Shown piece by piece: positions 1 through 12,940 of a DNA stretch of 64,000 nt (positions are counted from its first letter, which is position 1; every line of letters starts with the position of its first letter). Source of the stretch: Alphaproteobacteria bacterium. GTDB taxonomy: Bacteria; Pseudomonadota; Alphaproteobacteria; Rickettsiales; Deianiraeaceae. The translations under genes were made by a program, and so were the position numbers. The stretch lies in assembly GCA_025363115.1 (NCBI GenBank), contig JANYEN010000031.1, forward strand, positions 5,608 through 69,607, in the 5' to 3' direction. Below the pieces are notes generated by a model. It ran no database searches, was not told the origin of the DNA, and worked only from the letters and a program-made list of their open reading frames with translations.

Positions 1-2234
<2,234 letters not shown>

Positions 2235-2653
2235 ATTAAACTATATTATTTGTAAAATTGCTTTGACGGATATTTAAAAAAAGCAACAAATTTTTTAAAT
2301 CTACTTTTTAAATATAAATAAACTAAGCATTTCTACTAATCCCAGTAGCGTTATCTCTGCCATAATTTAATTGTTGCTATATAACATCTCGTATAATAAC
2401 AGGAAATTTATTAATATCTAAAATTTGTTTTTCTATTGCACACGAATTATATTTAATTCTTCCCATAGAATTTATTTTAATAAAGTATTTATGAAATAAA
2501 TTGGTAATTTCAATACAATTCTCCATCTCAGATAATGTTTGTCGCTTTTGCGTTTAGCACTAAGTTTGAAGTTAGTGTATTTGACATGCAAAATAATTTT
2601 TATTTTAATATATTATTTTTATATAATATAATCTTTTTAATATATATAATAAA

Positions 2654-3673
2654 TTATATTAAAGATTTTTTTATTAAAAGTTCGGCAATTTGAACGGCAT
2701 TTAAAGCTGCTCCCTTACGTAAATTATCACAAACAATCCATAAATTTAAGCTATTTGGCAAGCTTGAATCTCTTCTAATTCTAGAAACATATACTGCATC
2801 GGTAGCTGAATATTCTGCCTGGGTGGCATATCCTCCATTTGCATGATTATTAATTACCAATACATCGGGAATATTTTCTAATATTTCAACAACTTCGTCT
2901 AAGTCATATTCTTTTTCAAATTGTATATTTACTGATTCGGCGTGACAATTGAAAACTGGCACTCTAACGCAAGTAGCATTAACTTCTATTAATGGATCAA
3001 GTATTTTTTTGGTTTCAAAATTTATTTTCCATTCTTCGTTAGTAGAGCCATCTTTCATAAAATCTCCAACCTGAGGAATACAGTTAAAGGCAATTTGCTT
3101 ATGAAATTCTTTAGCTGGATACGACTTACTGGGATCGAACATTGCTTTAGTTTGACCAAAAAGTTCATCGGTAGCTTTTTTGCCCTGCCCCGATACTGCC
3201 TGATAAGTAGAAACTACGATTCTTTTAATTTTAAATAAATCATGCAAAGGCTTTAAAGGTAAAAGCATTTGAATAGTAGAACAATTGGGATTAGCAATAA
3301 TATTCATTTTTTTGTAATCTACGATGGCATCTGGGTTTACTTCAGGGATAATTAACGGAACATCTTCGTTGGTTCTAAAAAAAGAAGCGTTGTCTATCAT
3401 GATAGCACCTCCAGCTGTTATTTTTCGATAATATTGTTCGCTAACATAAGAGCCTGCAGAACAAAATACAATATCGTCTTTAGTAAAATCGTATTCGTCT
3501 AAGGCTTGAACTTTTAAAACTTTTTTAAACCCATAGCCCACATCTACTCCTCTTTTTTCTTTTGTTGCTAATGCCATTACTTCGCTAATGGGAAAGTCTC
3601 TTTCTGCTAAAATATCCAATATTTGCTTACCAACATTTCCTGTTGCTCCTACTACAGAAACTCTATATGACAT
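2654..3673 (-). CDS. asd: aspartate-semialdehyde dehydrogenase
   Basis: 339 aa. It has the Rossmann motif VGATGNVGKQ and the active-site Cys motif NPNCSTIQ. Confidence 0.9.
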   Translation of the reverse strand: MSYRVSVVGATGNVGKQILDILAERDFPISEVMALATKEKRGVDVGYGFKKVLKVQALDEYDFTKDDIVFCSAGSYVSEQYYRKITAGGAIMIDNASFFRTNEDVPLIIPEVNPDAIVDYKKMNIIANPNCSTIQMLLPLKPLHDLFKIKRIVVSTYQAVSGQGKKATDELFGQTKAMFDPSKSYPAKEFHKQIAFNCIPQVGDFMKDGSTNEEWKINFETKKILDPLIEVNATCVRVPVFNCHAESVNIQFEKEYDLDEVVEILENIPDVLVINNHANGGYATQAEYSATDAVYVSRIRRDSSLPNSLNLWIVCDNLRKGAALNAVQIAELLIKKSLI

Positions 3674-3675
3674 AA

Positions 3676-4230
3676 CTATTTTTTCTTGCTAAGATTTTTC
3701 TTGTAATGAGAATCAAAGTTAGAAGATTTAATTGAGCTATTTAGGTCTTTAATAAATTCTGATGTTAAATCGGTAACAACAGAAGAGTTGTGATAAAGAA
3801 GAGCTTGAGAAGAAAATATAAGGTCAACTTTATGTTCTTTTGCAATTTTATTAACAATTTCCTTAGCTTTTATATCTACTTCTTTTAAGCATTCTACTTT
3901 AGCTATATCCATTGTCTCATTTTCATATTTTAGGTCTTCCTGCCATTTTAAAGCTTTTTGTTGTATGCCATTTTGCTTTTCTTTAAAAGCAGTTTCCGAT
4001 AAAACCGAACGTTTACTTTCTAATTCTCCTACTTCTTTTTGTAGAGTTTGCTCTTTTTCCAAAATGCTATTTTGCATTTTTTTTGCTTGGGCTTCTGCTT
4101 TTGAAGCAATATCTTGAATGACCAAAGACTGGCTTTCAACAATACGGGCATCAACTACTCCAATTTTTAAATCTGAAGCATTTGCAATATAACTGCAAAC
4201 GAAAAATGTATAAAATAATAAAAATTTCAT
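3676..4230 (-). CDS. OmpH/Skp-like periplasmic chaperone
   Basis: 184 aa with a signal peptide (MKFLLFYTFFVCSYIANA), a coiled-coil Lys/Glu/Gln-rich body and a C-terminal basic tail. Size and layout fit the Skp family. Confidence 0.6.
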   Translation of the reverse strand: MKFLLFYTFFVCSYIANASDLKIGVVDARIVESQSLVIQDIASKAEAQAKKMQNSILEKEQTLQKEVGELESKRSVLSETAFKEKQNGIQQKALKWQEDLKYENETMDIAKVECLKEVDIKAKEIVNKIAKEHKVDLIFSSQALLYHNSSVVTDLTSEFIKDLNSSIKSSNFDSHYKKNLSKKK

Positions 4231-4327
4231 TTTAATAAAAATTTAATTAACTAATAAGTTGCTTTTACTGTTCAAGTTAATTAAAATATTTTTTTATTTG
4301 CAATAAATAAAATTATTTATTTTTTAG

Positions 4328-4576
4328 GTGTTCAAAGTTAATATTTTATATTATAATAAAAGCGAGAAATATGAAGCTCATATGGCTGTAATTAATACTA
4401 TAGCTGGAATTATTGGAATTAAAAGCAATCATGAAAATATTATTACCCAATTAGATAAAGGTTTTATTACGATATTTAATGTTGAAAATATAGAAATAAA
4501 AAAAATATCGGTCAGATCGGGAACTCTAAAATTTATAAATAATGAAAATTTATGTGTAATTAGCATTATAGATTAA
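4328..4576 (+). CDS. atpC: ATP synthase epsilon-subunit-like protein, beta-sandwich domain only (tentative)
   Basis: 82 aa with a GTG start. The pattern AHMAVINTIAGIIGIKSNHENIITQLDKGFITIF...VRSGTLKFINNENLCVI resembles the epsilon N-terminal domain (v.lPg.eG.fGvlp.H.p.i..L..G.v.v...v.gG...v..n.v.il). The C-terminal helical hairpin is missing. Confidence 0.45.
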   Translation: MFKVNILYYNKSEKYEAHMAVINTIAGIIGIKSNHENIITQLDKGFITIFNVENIEIKKISVRSGTLKFINNENLCVISIID

Positions 4577-4577
4577 G

Positions 4578-7544
4578 ATGTCAAAGCAAATAACTAAAAT
4601 TAAATCGCTATTAACGCCTCTTTTCAAAAAAAAGTCACAAAAAGTTGCTCTTCAACCAGATATTATAAAACCCGAGGATGAAAAAGAAGGTCGTTTTAAT
4701 AAAAAATATGTATTTTCGGGAATATTAATTTTACTTTTAATAACTATTGTTTTGTCAAATCTTAGCTTAATACCACTAACAAATTATAAAAAAAATATCG
4801 AAAAACAATTTAAAGAACTAGGAATTATTATCAATATCCGTGGCGGAGTAAATTTAAATATTTTTTCTTTAAGATATGAAATAAAAGATGTAGCTATCTA
4901 TAAAAAAGACTCTTCTTCGTCTTTTATAAAATGTCAATCTAGCTTAGAAGGCATAATTCCGTTTATATATGTATCTTTTTTAACTGGAAAAGTAACTATA
5001 ATTGATAGTCATTTTATTATTTCTACCAATAACAATACCGTGGAATTATTCAATTTTATAAAACAACAAAAAATCGATCAAAATATTAGTCTTGTAATTA
5101 AAAACTCGGAAATTAATTTAGAATTATGTGACGTAATAAGTTACGCAGGAAGTAGCCAAGGAGATTCAGATTCAAAAAAATCAAATACAGATAATAAATC
5201 TCTATTAATACCTCAACCTAATATTCCTCAAAAAGATACCACAGTTTCTTACAGCGTTAATTTAGCAACTATAAAAAACATCGAAATAGAACTTTCTAAA
5301 AATTATAAAGAAATAGATGCTTCTTTACTTGTTAATAAAACCGACATTAATACCAAATTTAAAAAAACTCAAAATAGTACTAAATTTTCTATTTCTTCCG
5401 AAAGTTTAAATGCTAATTTTTATATTGATTATTCAAAAGTTAATAAAAAAGGAATAATTGGTAGTTATAATGTAGAAAGTGATGATATTGGAAAATTTAT
5501 AAAATTACTATTAGGTAGTAATAACAATTTTATAAGCAATGTTTTCAATAAAACTTATATTAATATAAATTCCGATATTTCAGCTGATAACGGAACCATT
5601 ACCTCTTCTGCGACTATCAAAACATCTTATGGAAATGGCGAAATATCGACTGTTCACGAGAATAATACAAATCCCAAAATAGCAATAAACTTTGATAAAA
5701 TTTCTACTGATAGTTATGAAGCTATTGCTAATAATAAACAAAACTATAACTTTATCACATTAGGAGAGTTTATAATAAGTGAGCTTTTTAAAATAGATTA
5801 TAACTTGAATTTATCAGTTAAAAAAATAACACACAATATAACTCCAATGGGAGATATAAGTTTAAATTATGATATAAAACAAGGAAAAATTTTGGTTAAC
5901 AATTTTTCGGCTTCAATTTTAGGATTAGATGATCAAAATCAAGGACAAATTACTCTTTTTGAAGATACCGCCTCTATCACACCATCAAATGAAAAATATT
6001 CTAAGATAAAAATTAAAGTTGAAGGACAAAATTTTTCTCCATTTTTATATTTGATGCAAAATATTTTTTTAGCTAATACAGAAACTTTTGATATAAAAAA
6101 TTCTTCTTTTCAGCAAAAACCATATCAAGGATACGCTGAATATATATTTGATTTTGAAGGAAGCACTGGTCTTAATGACTTTAACATTACGTATGGAGAT
6201 AATCAAAAAATTCAAGGTTATTATTTATTAAAACAGCCAACCGAGAGTAATGACTATTTATTTTCAGGAAACAATATATCTCTTTCTTTGCTTAATATAA
6301 ATTTAGATGACATACTTACTAATAAAGCTCAGCAACGTATTTGGAGATATTTTGCCAGATTGCGTGGTATTTCATCTTCAGATATTGAAATGCAAAATGA
6401 GATATTATTAAAAACCATTGTACAATATACTAATTATAACGCCCCCTTAAACGTCAATATAATTTTAAATAATACTATTTTTAATCAATACCCAGCTTCT
6501 GGTATAATAAATTTTCAATATAAAAATAATACTTTGCAACTTAATGCCGATATTCAAGATAGCTCTATATTGAAAGGTTCTTTATATTTTTCGGTCGATA
6601 CCCGTAGAATAGTGCCAATTTTGCAATTTAAAGCAGGTTTGGATGTTTTTAATATTAAAGAATTAGATAATTTTTTATATAAAATATACGACACTCGGCA
6701 ATTAAATAATAGCACTTTTAACTATCTTAAAAGACAAATTATATTACCAAATATGAACAGCATTAATTCGGATATTACTTTTGAAGCCAAAATATTAAAT
6801 GGCAATGTTTTTAACATAACTAATTTTATAGCTTATTTACAAGGTTCGGGAAATATATTTAATGTTGATAGAATTTCAGGAGAGATACAACAAGGAAATT
6901 TTTTGTTTAGTGGCGAGATGAAGAATAAACATAATTTCGAGCATTCCTTGACGTTTAAATTTACTGACCTAGATTTAGATTTTTTATTAACTAATTTTAT
7001 TAATATCCCTAATTTAGCTAGTGGGAAACTTCTTATAGATGGTTCCTTGACTTCTGCTGGCAATAATATTTATGATATTTTATCGGATTCGATAGGAAGA
7101 ATGATAATAAAAATAAATAACATGCATTGGAATAAACTAGACTTAGTAAGCCTTAGCAAAGCTTTAATGACATCTTCAAAGTACGGAAAAATAGATATAA
7201 ATCAAACTTTACAAAATGGCACTCAAATGTTTTTTAAAGATGTTACTGGAGAATTTATACTACAAAATGGCATTTTAAGCACCAATGGTCTATCTAGCAA
7301 AGCCGAAGGAGTATCCAGCGTATTAAAAATATCTCTAGATTTATTGAACAATGAGCTAAGAAGTCTAGAAAATAACTTTTTAATATTAGCTAAAGATCCT
7401 AGACCTGACAAAAATTACCTTTCTATTCCTATAGCATTAAAAGCATCTGGTTCTTTTAGCCATATTAACGCTCAAATTTATGTAGATAGAGTTCAAGAAT
7501 ATCTAAATAGTATGTATAAATACGAACTTAATGATTATAAATAA
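4578..7544 (+). CDS. large N-terminally anchored envelope protein, AsmA-family-like
   Basis: 988 aa with one N-terminal TM segment (YVFSGILILLLITIVLSNLSL) and a long Asn/Ser/Ile-rich body predicted to be beta-rich. The C-terminal region (GKLLIDGSLTSAGNN...FKDVTGEFILQNGILSTNGL) resembles AsmA C-terminal motifs. Confidence 0.5.
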   Translation: MSKQITKIKSLLTPLFKKKSQKVALQPDIIKPEDEKEGRFNKKYVFSGILILLLITIVLSNLSLIPLTNYKKNIEKQFKELGIIINIRGGVNLNIFSLRYEIKDVAIYKKDSSSSFIKCQSSLEGIIPFIYVSFLTGKVTIIDSHFIISTNNNTVELFNFIKQQKIDQNISLVIKNSEINLELCDVISYAGSSQGDSDSKKSNTDNKSLLIPQPNIPQKDTTVSYSVNLATIKNIEIELSKNYKEIDASLLVNKTDINTKFKKTQNSTKFSISSESLNANFYIDYSKVNKKGIIGSYNVESDDIGKFIKLLLGSNNNFISNVFNKTYININSDISADNGTITSSATIKTSYGNGEISTVHENNTNPKIAINFDKISTDSYEAIANNKQNYNFITLGEFIISELFKIDYNLNLSVKKITHNITPMGDISLNYDIKQGKILVNNFSASILGLDDQNQGQITLFEDTASITPSNEKYSKIKIKVEGQNFSPFLYLMQNIFLANTETFDIKNSSFQQKPYQGYAEYIFDFEGSTGLNDFNITYGDNQKIQGYYLLKQPTESNDYLFSGNNISLSLLNINLDDILTNKAQQRIWRYFARLRGISSSDIEMQNEILLKTIVQYTNYNAPLNVNIILNNTIFNQYPASGIINFQYKNNTLQLNADIQDSSILKGSLYFSVDTRRIVPILQFKAGLDVFNIKELDNFLYKIYDTRQLNNSTFNYLKRQIILPNMNSINSDITFEAKILNGNVFNITNFIAYLQGSGNIFNVDRISGEIQQGNFLFSGEMKNKHNFEHSLTFKFTDLDLDFLLTNFINIPNLASGKLLIDGSLTSAGNNIYDILSDSIGRMIIKINNMHWNKLDLVSLSKALMTSSKYGKIDINQTLQNGTQMFFKDVTGEFILQNGILSTNGLSSKAEGVSSVLKISLDLLNNELRSLENNFLILAKDPRPDKNYLSIPIALKASGSFSHINAQIYVDRVQEYLNSMYKYELNDYK

Positions 7545-8745
7545 AATGAAAATATTTATTTTTTTTGTGCTCATCTGCGGTTGTTCTGTCCCAAAAAAAT
7601 TTATCAAAACTAATTTATCTGGCGATTTATATAATTTTAAGAAATATAAAAATCTTAACGAATATACCAATAATTATAGAAATTATATAAAAATTTTACG
7701 CCCAGAGTTAACTATTGATCAGATTGAGCGCTTAGCACCTTTTACAATAATTAGTCAAAATAAAAAATGCTTAAATAAAAAAGGTTTTATATTAATCCAT
7801 GGTCTTTCGGATTCTCCTTTTGCAATGCAAGATTTGACTAACTCTATTTTAAAACATGAAAAATGTGCAATAATAAATACCCCAATTATCCCAGGAAATG
7901 CTTTAATTCCTGGGGCTTCCTTAGAAGCAACTTATAAAGATTGGATAGCTACAGTAGATTTATCAATTAACGATTTGCAAAATAAAAAAGTAGATTCAAT
8001 AACCATTATTGGATTTTCTACTGGAGGAGCTTTGGCTTTTTATAATTTGCTGAGCAAACCAGATATTATATCAAAAATAATCCTTGTTTCGCCAGCATTT
8101 GATTTAGATCTAGCTTGGTACGAATCTATTGCGTTGCCTATATTAAAAGTGGCAGGTGATATAAATAATAACTTAGGATATGTATCAAAATTATCAGATT
8201 ATAACCCCTATAAATATAATTCTTTTTCAGCCAACGGCATTTATCAATTAAACGCTTTAATATCCAAAAATAATAAATTATTAAATTTGAGCAAAAACAT
8301 TATTACTCCAATTTTTCTTATTGCCTCAATGGATGATGCAACCATTAAAACTAGTAGCACTCTAAAATTTTTAGAAAATAAAAAATTTACTGGTTTGATA
8401 TTAGGAATTATTTATAATAAAAATATATCTGGAGGTACCGATAAAATACCTTGGATTCCAATAGAAGATTTAAGCAATAATATCGTCGATCTATCTCATG
8501 CCGCAATAATAATCTCTCCTAACAACTCAATATTTGGCAAAAATGCTCCTGTTAATTATGGATGCTCTCACTATGAAAAAAAATCACTGCAACTATTTGA
8601 AGAATGTAAAAAATTTGATAACAATTTTTTATTTGGAGAAACAAATAAAGAAAATTTAAAAAAATATCCGAAATTTTCAAAAATCTATTATAATCCAAAA
8701 TATAAAGACTTGGAAGACAGGATAAACTCATTTTTAAATTTATAA
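7531..8745 (+). CDS. alpha/beta-hydrolase (lipase/esterase-like), probable lipoprotein
   Basis: 404 aa with the HG motif ILIHGLSDSP and the nucleophile elbow GFSTGG. The signal is MKIFIFFVLICGCS. The likelier start is the internal ATG at 7546, just after the upstream stop. Confidence 0.65.
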   Translation: MIINKMKIFIFFVLICGCSVPKKFIKTNLSGDLYNFKKYKNLNEYTNNYRNYIKILRPELTIDQIERLAPFTIISQNKKCLNKKGFILIHGLSDSPFAMQDLTNSILKHEKCAIINTPIIPGNALIPGASLEATYKDWIATVDLSINDLQNKKVDSITIIGFSTGGALAFYNLLSKPDIISKIILVSPAFDLDLAWYESIALPILKVAGDINNNLGYVSKLSDYNPYKYNSFSANGIYQLNALISKNNKLLNLSKNIITPIFLIASMDDATIKTSSTLKFLENKKFTGLILGIIYNKNISGGTDKIPWIPIEDLSNNIVDLSHAAIIISPNNSIFGKNAPVNYGCSHYEKKSLQLFEECKKFDNNFLFGETNKENLKKYPKFSKIYYNPKYKDLEDRINSFLNL

Positions 8746-9510
8746 AAACAAATTGTTATTTTTTTGAGCAAACGAATTTAAAAGAGAAATCATTTCTTGC
8801 TCTGAATTATTATAAGCTTTAATAAGACCAGAAGCTACAATAAAACCATCTATTTCTCCATTTTTATAGCTATTTAATTGATTTGGATTTTGAATTCCAA
8901 AGCCAGCTACAACTTTAAGATTTGGCACATTTTGTTTTACTTGTAAAACATTTTTCAAAGCTTCGCTAGAAATATTGTTTATTCCGCCCGTGGTAGAAGG
9001 CTTGGTAACAAAATACATCCAACTATAAGTATTTTTAGCAATTAAAATTTGCCTTTCTAACGATGAATTAGAAGATGTCATAAAAATAAGTTTATTTTCT
9101 TTTAAAATATCCCTATTATCAATTGTTAAATCAGGTATAATATAGCCTGCAACTCCAGCAGCGTTAAAATCGTCAAAAAACTTATCTTTTCCATATTGCA
9201 AAATTAAATGCAAATAGCACATAATAAAAATAGGTTTTTTAACCTCAAAATTTGCCAATAAATCTTTTACTAATTTTATAGCTTGAGGTAATTTAAAGCC
9301 ATTTTTTAAAGCTTCGGCGTAAGCTATTTGGTTAATTGCGCCATCGGCAGAAGGGTCAGAAAACGGGATACCAAATTCTATAGCATCGGCTTTTTGGTAT
9401 ATTATTTTTAATATTTCAAGCGATTTATCATAATTAGGGAAGCATGCGGGCCAGAAAGGCATAAAAGCTAAGCGGTTTTGACTTTTGGCATTTTCAAAAA
9501 TATTTGTCAT
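8740..9510 (-). CDS. trpA: tryptophan synthase alpha chain
   Basis: 256 aa with the motif FGIPFSDPSADG. It overlaps trpB by 4 nt. Confidence 0.9.
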   Translation of the reverse strand: MTNIFENAKSQNRLAFMPFWPACFPNYDKSLEILKIIYQKADAIEFGIPFSDPSADGAINQIAYAEALKNGFKLPQAIKLVKDLLANFEVKKPIFIMCYLHLILQYGKDKFFDDFNAAGVAGYIIPDLTIDNRDILKENKLIFMTSSNSSLERQILIAKNTYSWMYFVTKPSTTGGINNISSEALKNVLQVKQNVPNLKVVAGFGIQNPNQLNSYKNGEIDGFIVASGLIKAYNNSEQEMISLLNSFAQKNNNLFL

Positions 9511-10682
9511 AATTGTTCATTTTTAAATTGATTTATTGTTTCAATATCTTTGTCTCCCCTGCCAGATAAATTGATTATTATAGTTTTATCTTTTGCTAAT
9601 TTACTGGCAAATTCTAACCCATAACTAATAGCGTGAGAGGATTCAAGAGCAGGAATAATGCCTTCAAGTTTACAAGTTAAGTCATAAGCTTTAACTGCCT
9701 GGGCATCGGTTACCATAGCAAATTTAGCTCGGTCGATACTTTGTAAATAAGCTTGAATAGGGGAAATACCAGGATAATCCAGCCCAGCCGAAATAGAATG
9801 AGATTCTTTAATTTGACCATCATTATCAACCAAAACTTTACTAATAGAACCATGTAAACAGCCAATGCTACCAAGGTTTAAAGTTGCGCCATGATTTTTT
9901 CCATCTCCTGCAGGCTCTACTCCAATTAATTTTACTTTATCTTCTAAAAAAGCTTGAAATATTCCAATTGCATTTGAACCGCCCCCCACACAAGCAATTA
10001 CAGCTTCTGGTAAGTTATTTTCAGCTTTTATAATTTGTTCCCGAGCCTCCAAACCGATAATTTTATGAAAATAAGCTACCATGGTGGGGAAGGGATGAGG
10101 ACCAGCAGCAGTGCCAAATACATAATAAACATCGTCTATGTGACCAATCCAATAACGCATAGCCTCGCTAATTGCATCTTTTAAACTGCTAGACCCATTA
10201 TTGACAGAAATTACTTCAGCTCCAAATAATTTCATTTTATCAACATTAGATTTTTGTCTTATGCAATCTTTCTCTCCCATAAATATAGTGACTGGAAAGT
10301 TATATTTAGCCCCAATCATGGCCACTGCCAAGCCATGTTGCCCTGCCCCAGTTTCGCAAATTAATCTTTTTGCACCATAAATTTTAGCAATTATTGCTTG
10401 ACCAATAACATTATTGGTTTTATGGGCGCCACCATGCAATAAGTCTTCACGCTTTAAATAAATTTTTGCCCCTTTGCCATAATTTGTTAAATTTTTAGCC
10501 AAATATAAAGGTGTCGGGCGTCCTGCATAATAATGTAATTCTTGGTTAAATTCGTCAATCAGATTGGGAGAATTCAAAAATTGATCAAATGCCTTTTCTA
10601 TTTTTTGAAAATTAGGCACTAATAATTCTGGAATAAATTGCCCTCCAAATTGTCCATAAAAACCCTTCCCTTTATATTGCAT
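9507..10682 (-). CDS. trpB: tryptophan synthase beta chain
   Basis: 391 aa with the PLP-lysine motif HGGAHKTNN and GGGSNAIG. Confidence 0.95.
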   Translation of the reverse strand: MQYKGKGFYGQFGGQFIPELLVPNFQKIEKAFDQFLNSPNLIDEFNQELHYYAGRPTPLYLAKNLTNYGKGAKIYLKREDLLHGGAHKTNNVIGQAIIAKIYGAKRLICETGAGQHGLAVAMIGAKYNFPVTIFMGEKDCIRQKSNVDKMKLFGAEVISVNNGSSSLKDAISEAMRYWIGHIDDVYYVFGTAAGPHPFPTMVAYFHKIIGLEAREQIIKAENNLPEAVIACVGGGSNAIGIFQAFLEDKVKLIGVEPAGDGKNHGATLNLGSIGCLHGSISKVLVDNDGQIKESHSISAGLDYPGISPIQAYLQSIDRAKFAMVTDAQAVKAYDLTCKLEGIIPALESSHAISYGLEFASKLAKDKTIIINLSGRGDKDIETINQFKNEQL

Positions 10683-11307
10683 AATTATTTCTTAAATTAA
10701 TTATTTTTTCAGCATAGCTAATATTATATTTTTCATTCTCTTCTATGCCAGAAGCAATATCAAAAACCTGAGCTTGGCTAAAATTGTTAAAAAAATTTTC
10801 AATATTATTTTTATTTATACCGCCTGCTACGCCATAATTTAAATTTAAAGCATCAATTTGTGTTGGCAAAATATTGATTTTTGTGCCACTACCAGGATTT
10901 GCAGAATCAAAAAGCAACATGTCAGTTAGTGTTTTATAAGAATCAATTTGGTCTAGATTATTAATTGCTTTCCATACCTCAACATTGCATAATTTTTTAA
11001 CTTCAACGCAATATTCAGGTGTTTCGTTGCCATGAAGATTAACAATGGGCTTTATAGGCAAAGAATTTATTATTGACGTTAATTTATTCAAATCTTCATT
11101 TTGAAAAATAATTACCAATATTGTGGATTTATTTTTCAAAAAATACATATTAATTAATTCACGATAATTTTGAGCATATCTTTTACTACTAGCTACCAAA
11201 TTAATACCAATAAAATCTACATTAAAATATAACGAATGCTCTAAAGCTTCGTAAGTTCGTATACCACAAAATTTTATTTTTGGTCTATATCTCATTTTGT
11301 ATTTCAT
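10672..11307 (-). CDS. trpF: phosphoribosylanthranilate isomerase
   Basis: 211 aa with the KFCGI motif near the N-terminus. It sits between trpC and trpB, with overlapping stops and starts. Confidence 0.8.
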   Translation of the reverse strand: MKYKMRYRPKIKFCGIRTYEALEHSLYFNVDFIGINLVASSKRYAQNYRELINMYFLKNKSTILVIIFQNEDLNKLTSIINSLPIKPIVNLHGNETPEYCVEVKKLCNVEVWKAINNLDQIDSYKTLTDMLLFDSANPGSGTKINILPTQIDALNLNYGVAGGINKNNIENFFNNFSQAQVFDIASGIEENEKYNISYAEKIINLRNNYAI

Positions 11308-12052
11308 CTAAAAATTTTGGATTTTGCATTACTGCAGTTCCTACTAAAATGCAATCAGCCAAGTCTTTAATAGGAATAACATCCGATTTAACTAAAATAC
11401 CAGAAGCGGCAATTTTTACTATGTTTTGCGGAATGAGCGGCAAAATAGTTATAAATATTTTAGTGTCTATGATAAAACTAGAAAGATCTCTGCTATTAAT
11501 TGCAATAATTTTAGGATCAATTTTCATCGCTACCTCTAATTCTTGCTCATTATTTATTTCAACAACTGCATCTAGATTTAATTCGTTAGCATAATTATAT
11601 AGTTCACTCAAAGTATCAAAATCATTCTCAAAAGCCTTTATAATTAATAAAATAGCGCTCGCTCCAGACATTTTGGCATATGCGATCTGATTTTTTTGCA
11701 AAATAAAATCTTTAGATAATATAGGTAATTGTGAAATTTTAGTCACCTCAATTAAATCCTGCATTGACCCACCAAATCTTTTGTCGGTTAAAATAGATAA
11801 TGCATGAACGTTGCGATGCTGATATTCTTTAACTTGAGTTAACAAATCTGCTTCTTTATTGATATTTGCATTTGAAGGAGAAAATCTTTTAAATTCGGTT
11901 ATGATTTTAAGTTTATCAGTTTTATTTTTTTTAATAGCATCAATAAATGAAGCTCTGATGGGAAAATCTTTAATATCTGGCTCATAGATAAAATTTTTTA
12001 ATTCCTCACGTTTTTCAATAATTATTTGTTGTAGTTTGTTTGTCATAAGCAT
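11285..12052 (-). CDS. trpC: indole-3-glycerol-phosphate synthase
   Basis: 255 aa with EFKRFSPS (the E.K.aSPS motif). It lies within the operon. Confidence 0.85.
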   Translation of the reverse strand: MLMTNKLQQIIIEKREELKNFIYEPDIKDFPIRASFIDAIKKNKTDKLKIITEFKRFSPSNANINKEADLLTQVKEYQHRNVHALSILTDKRFGGSMQDLIEVTKISQLPILSKDFILQKNQIAYAKMSGASAILLIIKAFENDFDTLSELYNYANELNLDAVVEINNEQELEVAMKIDPKIIAINSRDLSSFIIDTKIFITILPLIPQNIVKIAASGILVKSDVIPIKDLADCILVGTAVMQNPKFLDEIQNEI

Positions 12053-12870
12053 TTTAAATAAAATTGTTCAGTTGCCATATAATTTAAATTGACATAATCC
12101 TGCAATGGATTAATATCGTGTTCTTCTTTAAGCAAATTATAAAATAATAATTTTGCTTGATCGATATTTTTTGGAAAATACTGCGCAATATTTTTATTAC
12201 GCTTAATACCAAAATTTTCTGGTTCAATATAATATTCTTTAATTTTATTATTTAATACTTCTATAATTTTTGTTTTTCCAGCAATCGAAATTTCGTCAAT
12301 TTTAAGCTCTTGGTCGTGAACCAACATAACATTTAAATTTAACTCCGATGCAATTAAAGCAATTTTTTCCATAATTTCTGGCTGAGATACTCCCATTACC
12401 TGTCCTTTAATCTGTAAAGATGAATTAATTAGTGGTCCCAGTAAATTAAAAATTGTCAAATGAGTTATTTGAGAACGAATATCGGAAACTTCTTGATATA
12501 CAGGATTAAAAGATTTCATAAAAATATATGCTAAGTTATTTTTATTTACTTCCTCAGTAACATCTAAAATTGTATGGCATATTTTATAATTAGCTGATTC
12601 AAGTATATTAAAACCCCCAACCGACCCCGTAACCGCTTTGTTGCCATTCTTAATAATAGTAAATTTTTTGCTCAGTTTTTTGGCTAATATTGTTGAAAGA
12701 TTTATTTTTAGTTTTTGACTACCCCCCGTGCCAGCAATATTAAAAACCTTATACCCAGGCAAATTAATTTTTGTTTGTTTGGCATATAAATATTTTGCAA
12801 TTTCTATACATTCGTTAATAGGATAGTTTTTGCTATGCAGATCAACCAAAAATTCTTTAGTGAAAATCAT
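12043..12870 (-). CDS. trpD: anthranilate phosphoribosyltransferase, short and divergent form
   Basis: 275 aa. It carries the motifs NIAGTGGS...INLST and KNGNKAVTGSVGGFNILE, which correspond to GTGGD..NiST and KHGNR..SS..GsaD.LE. The N-terminal helical domain is shortened. The gene sits in trp operon context. Confidence 0.7.
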   Translation of the reverse strand: MIFTKEFLVDLHSKNYPINECIEIAKYLYAKQTKINLPGYKVFNIAGTGGSQKLKINLSTILAKKLSKKFTIIKNGNKAVTGSVGGFNILESANYKICHTILDVTEEVNKNNLAYIFMKSFNPVYQEVSDIRSQITHLTIFNLLGPLINSSLQIKGQVMGVSQPEIMEKIALIASELNLNVMLVHDQELKIDEISIAGKTKIIEVLNNKIKEYYIEPENFGIKRNKNIAQYFPKNIDQAKLLFYNLLKEEHDINPLQDYVNLNYMATEQFYLKCL

Positions 12871-12940
12871 AAAAATCTTGACATTTATATATCGTTATAC
12901 CGATACAATGATATATAAATTAATTTGCAAGCAATTTTTT

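Noticed and set aside
2377-2526. 49-codon minus-strand ORF (MENCIEITNLFHKYFIKINS...) in the pccA-asd gap.
   Set aside because: It is short, has no recognisable motif or ribosome-binding site, and cannot be supported from sequence alone.
11280-11594. 104-aa plus-strand ORF overlapping trpF/trpC.
   Set aside because: It is antisense to two well-supported trp genes and has no recognisable motif.
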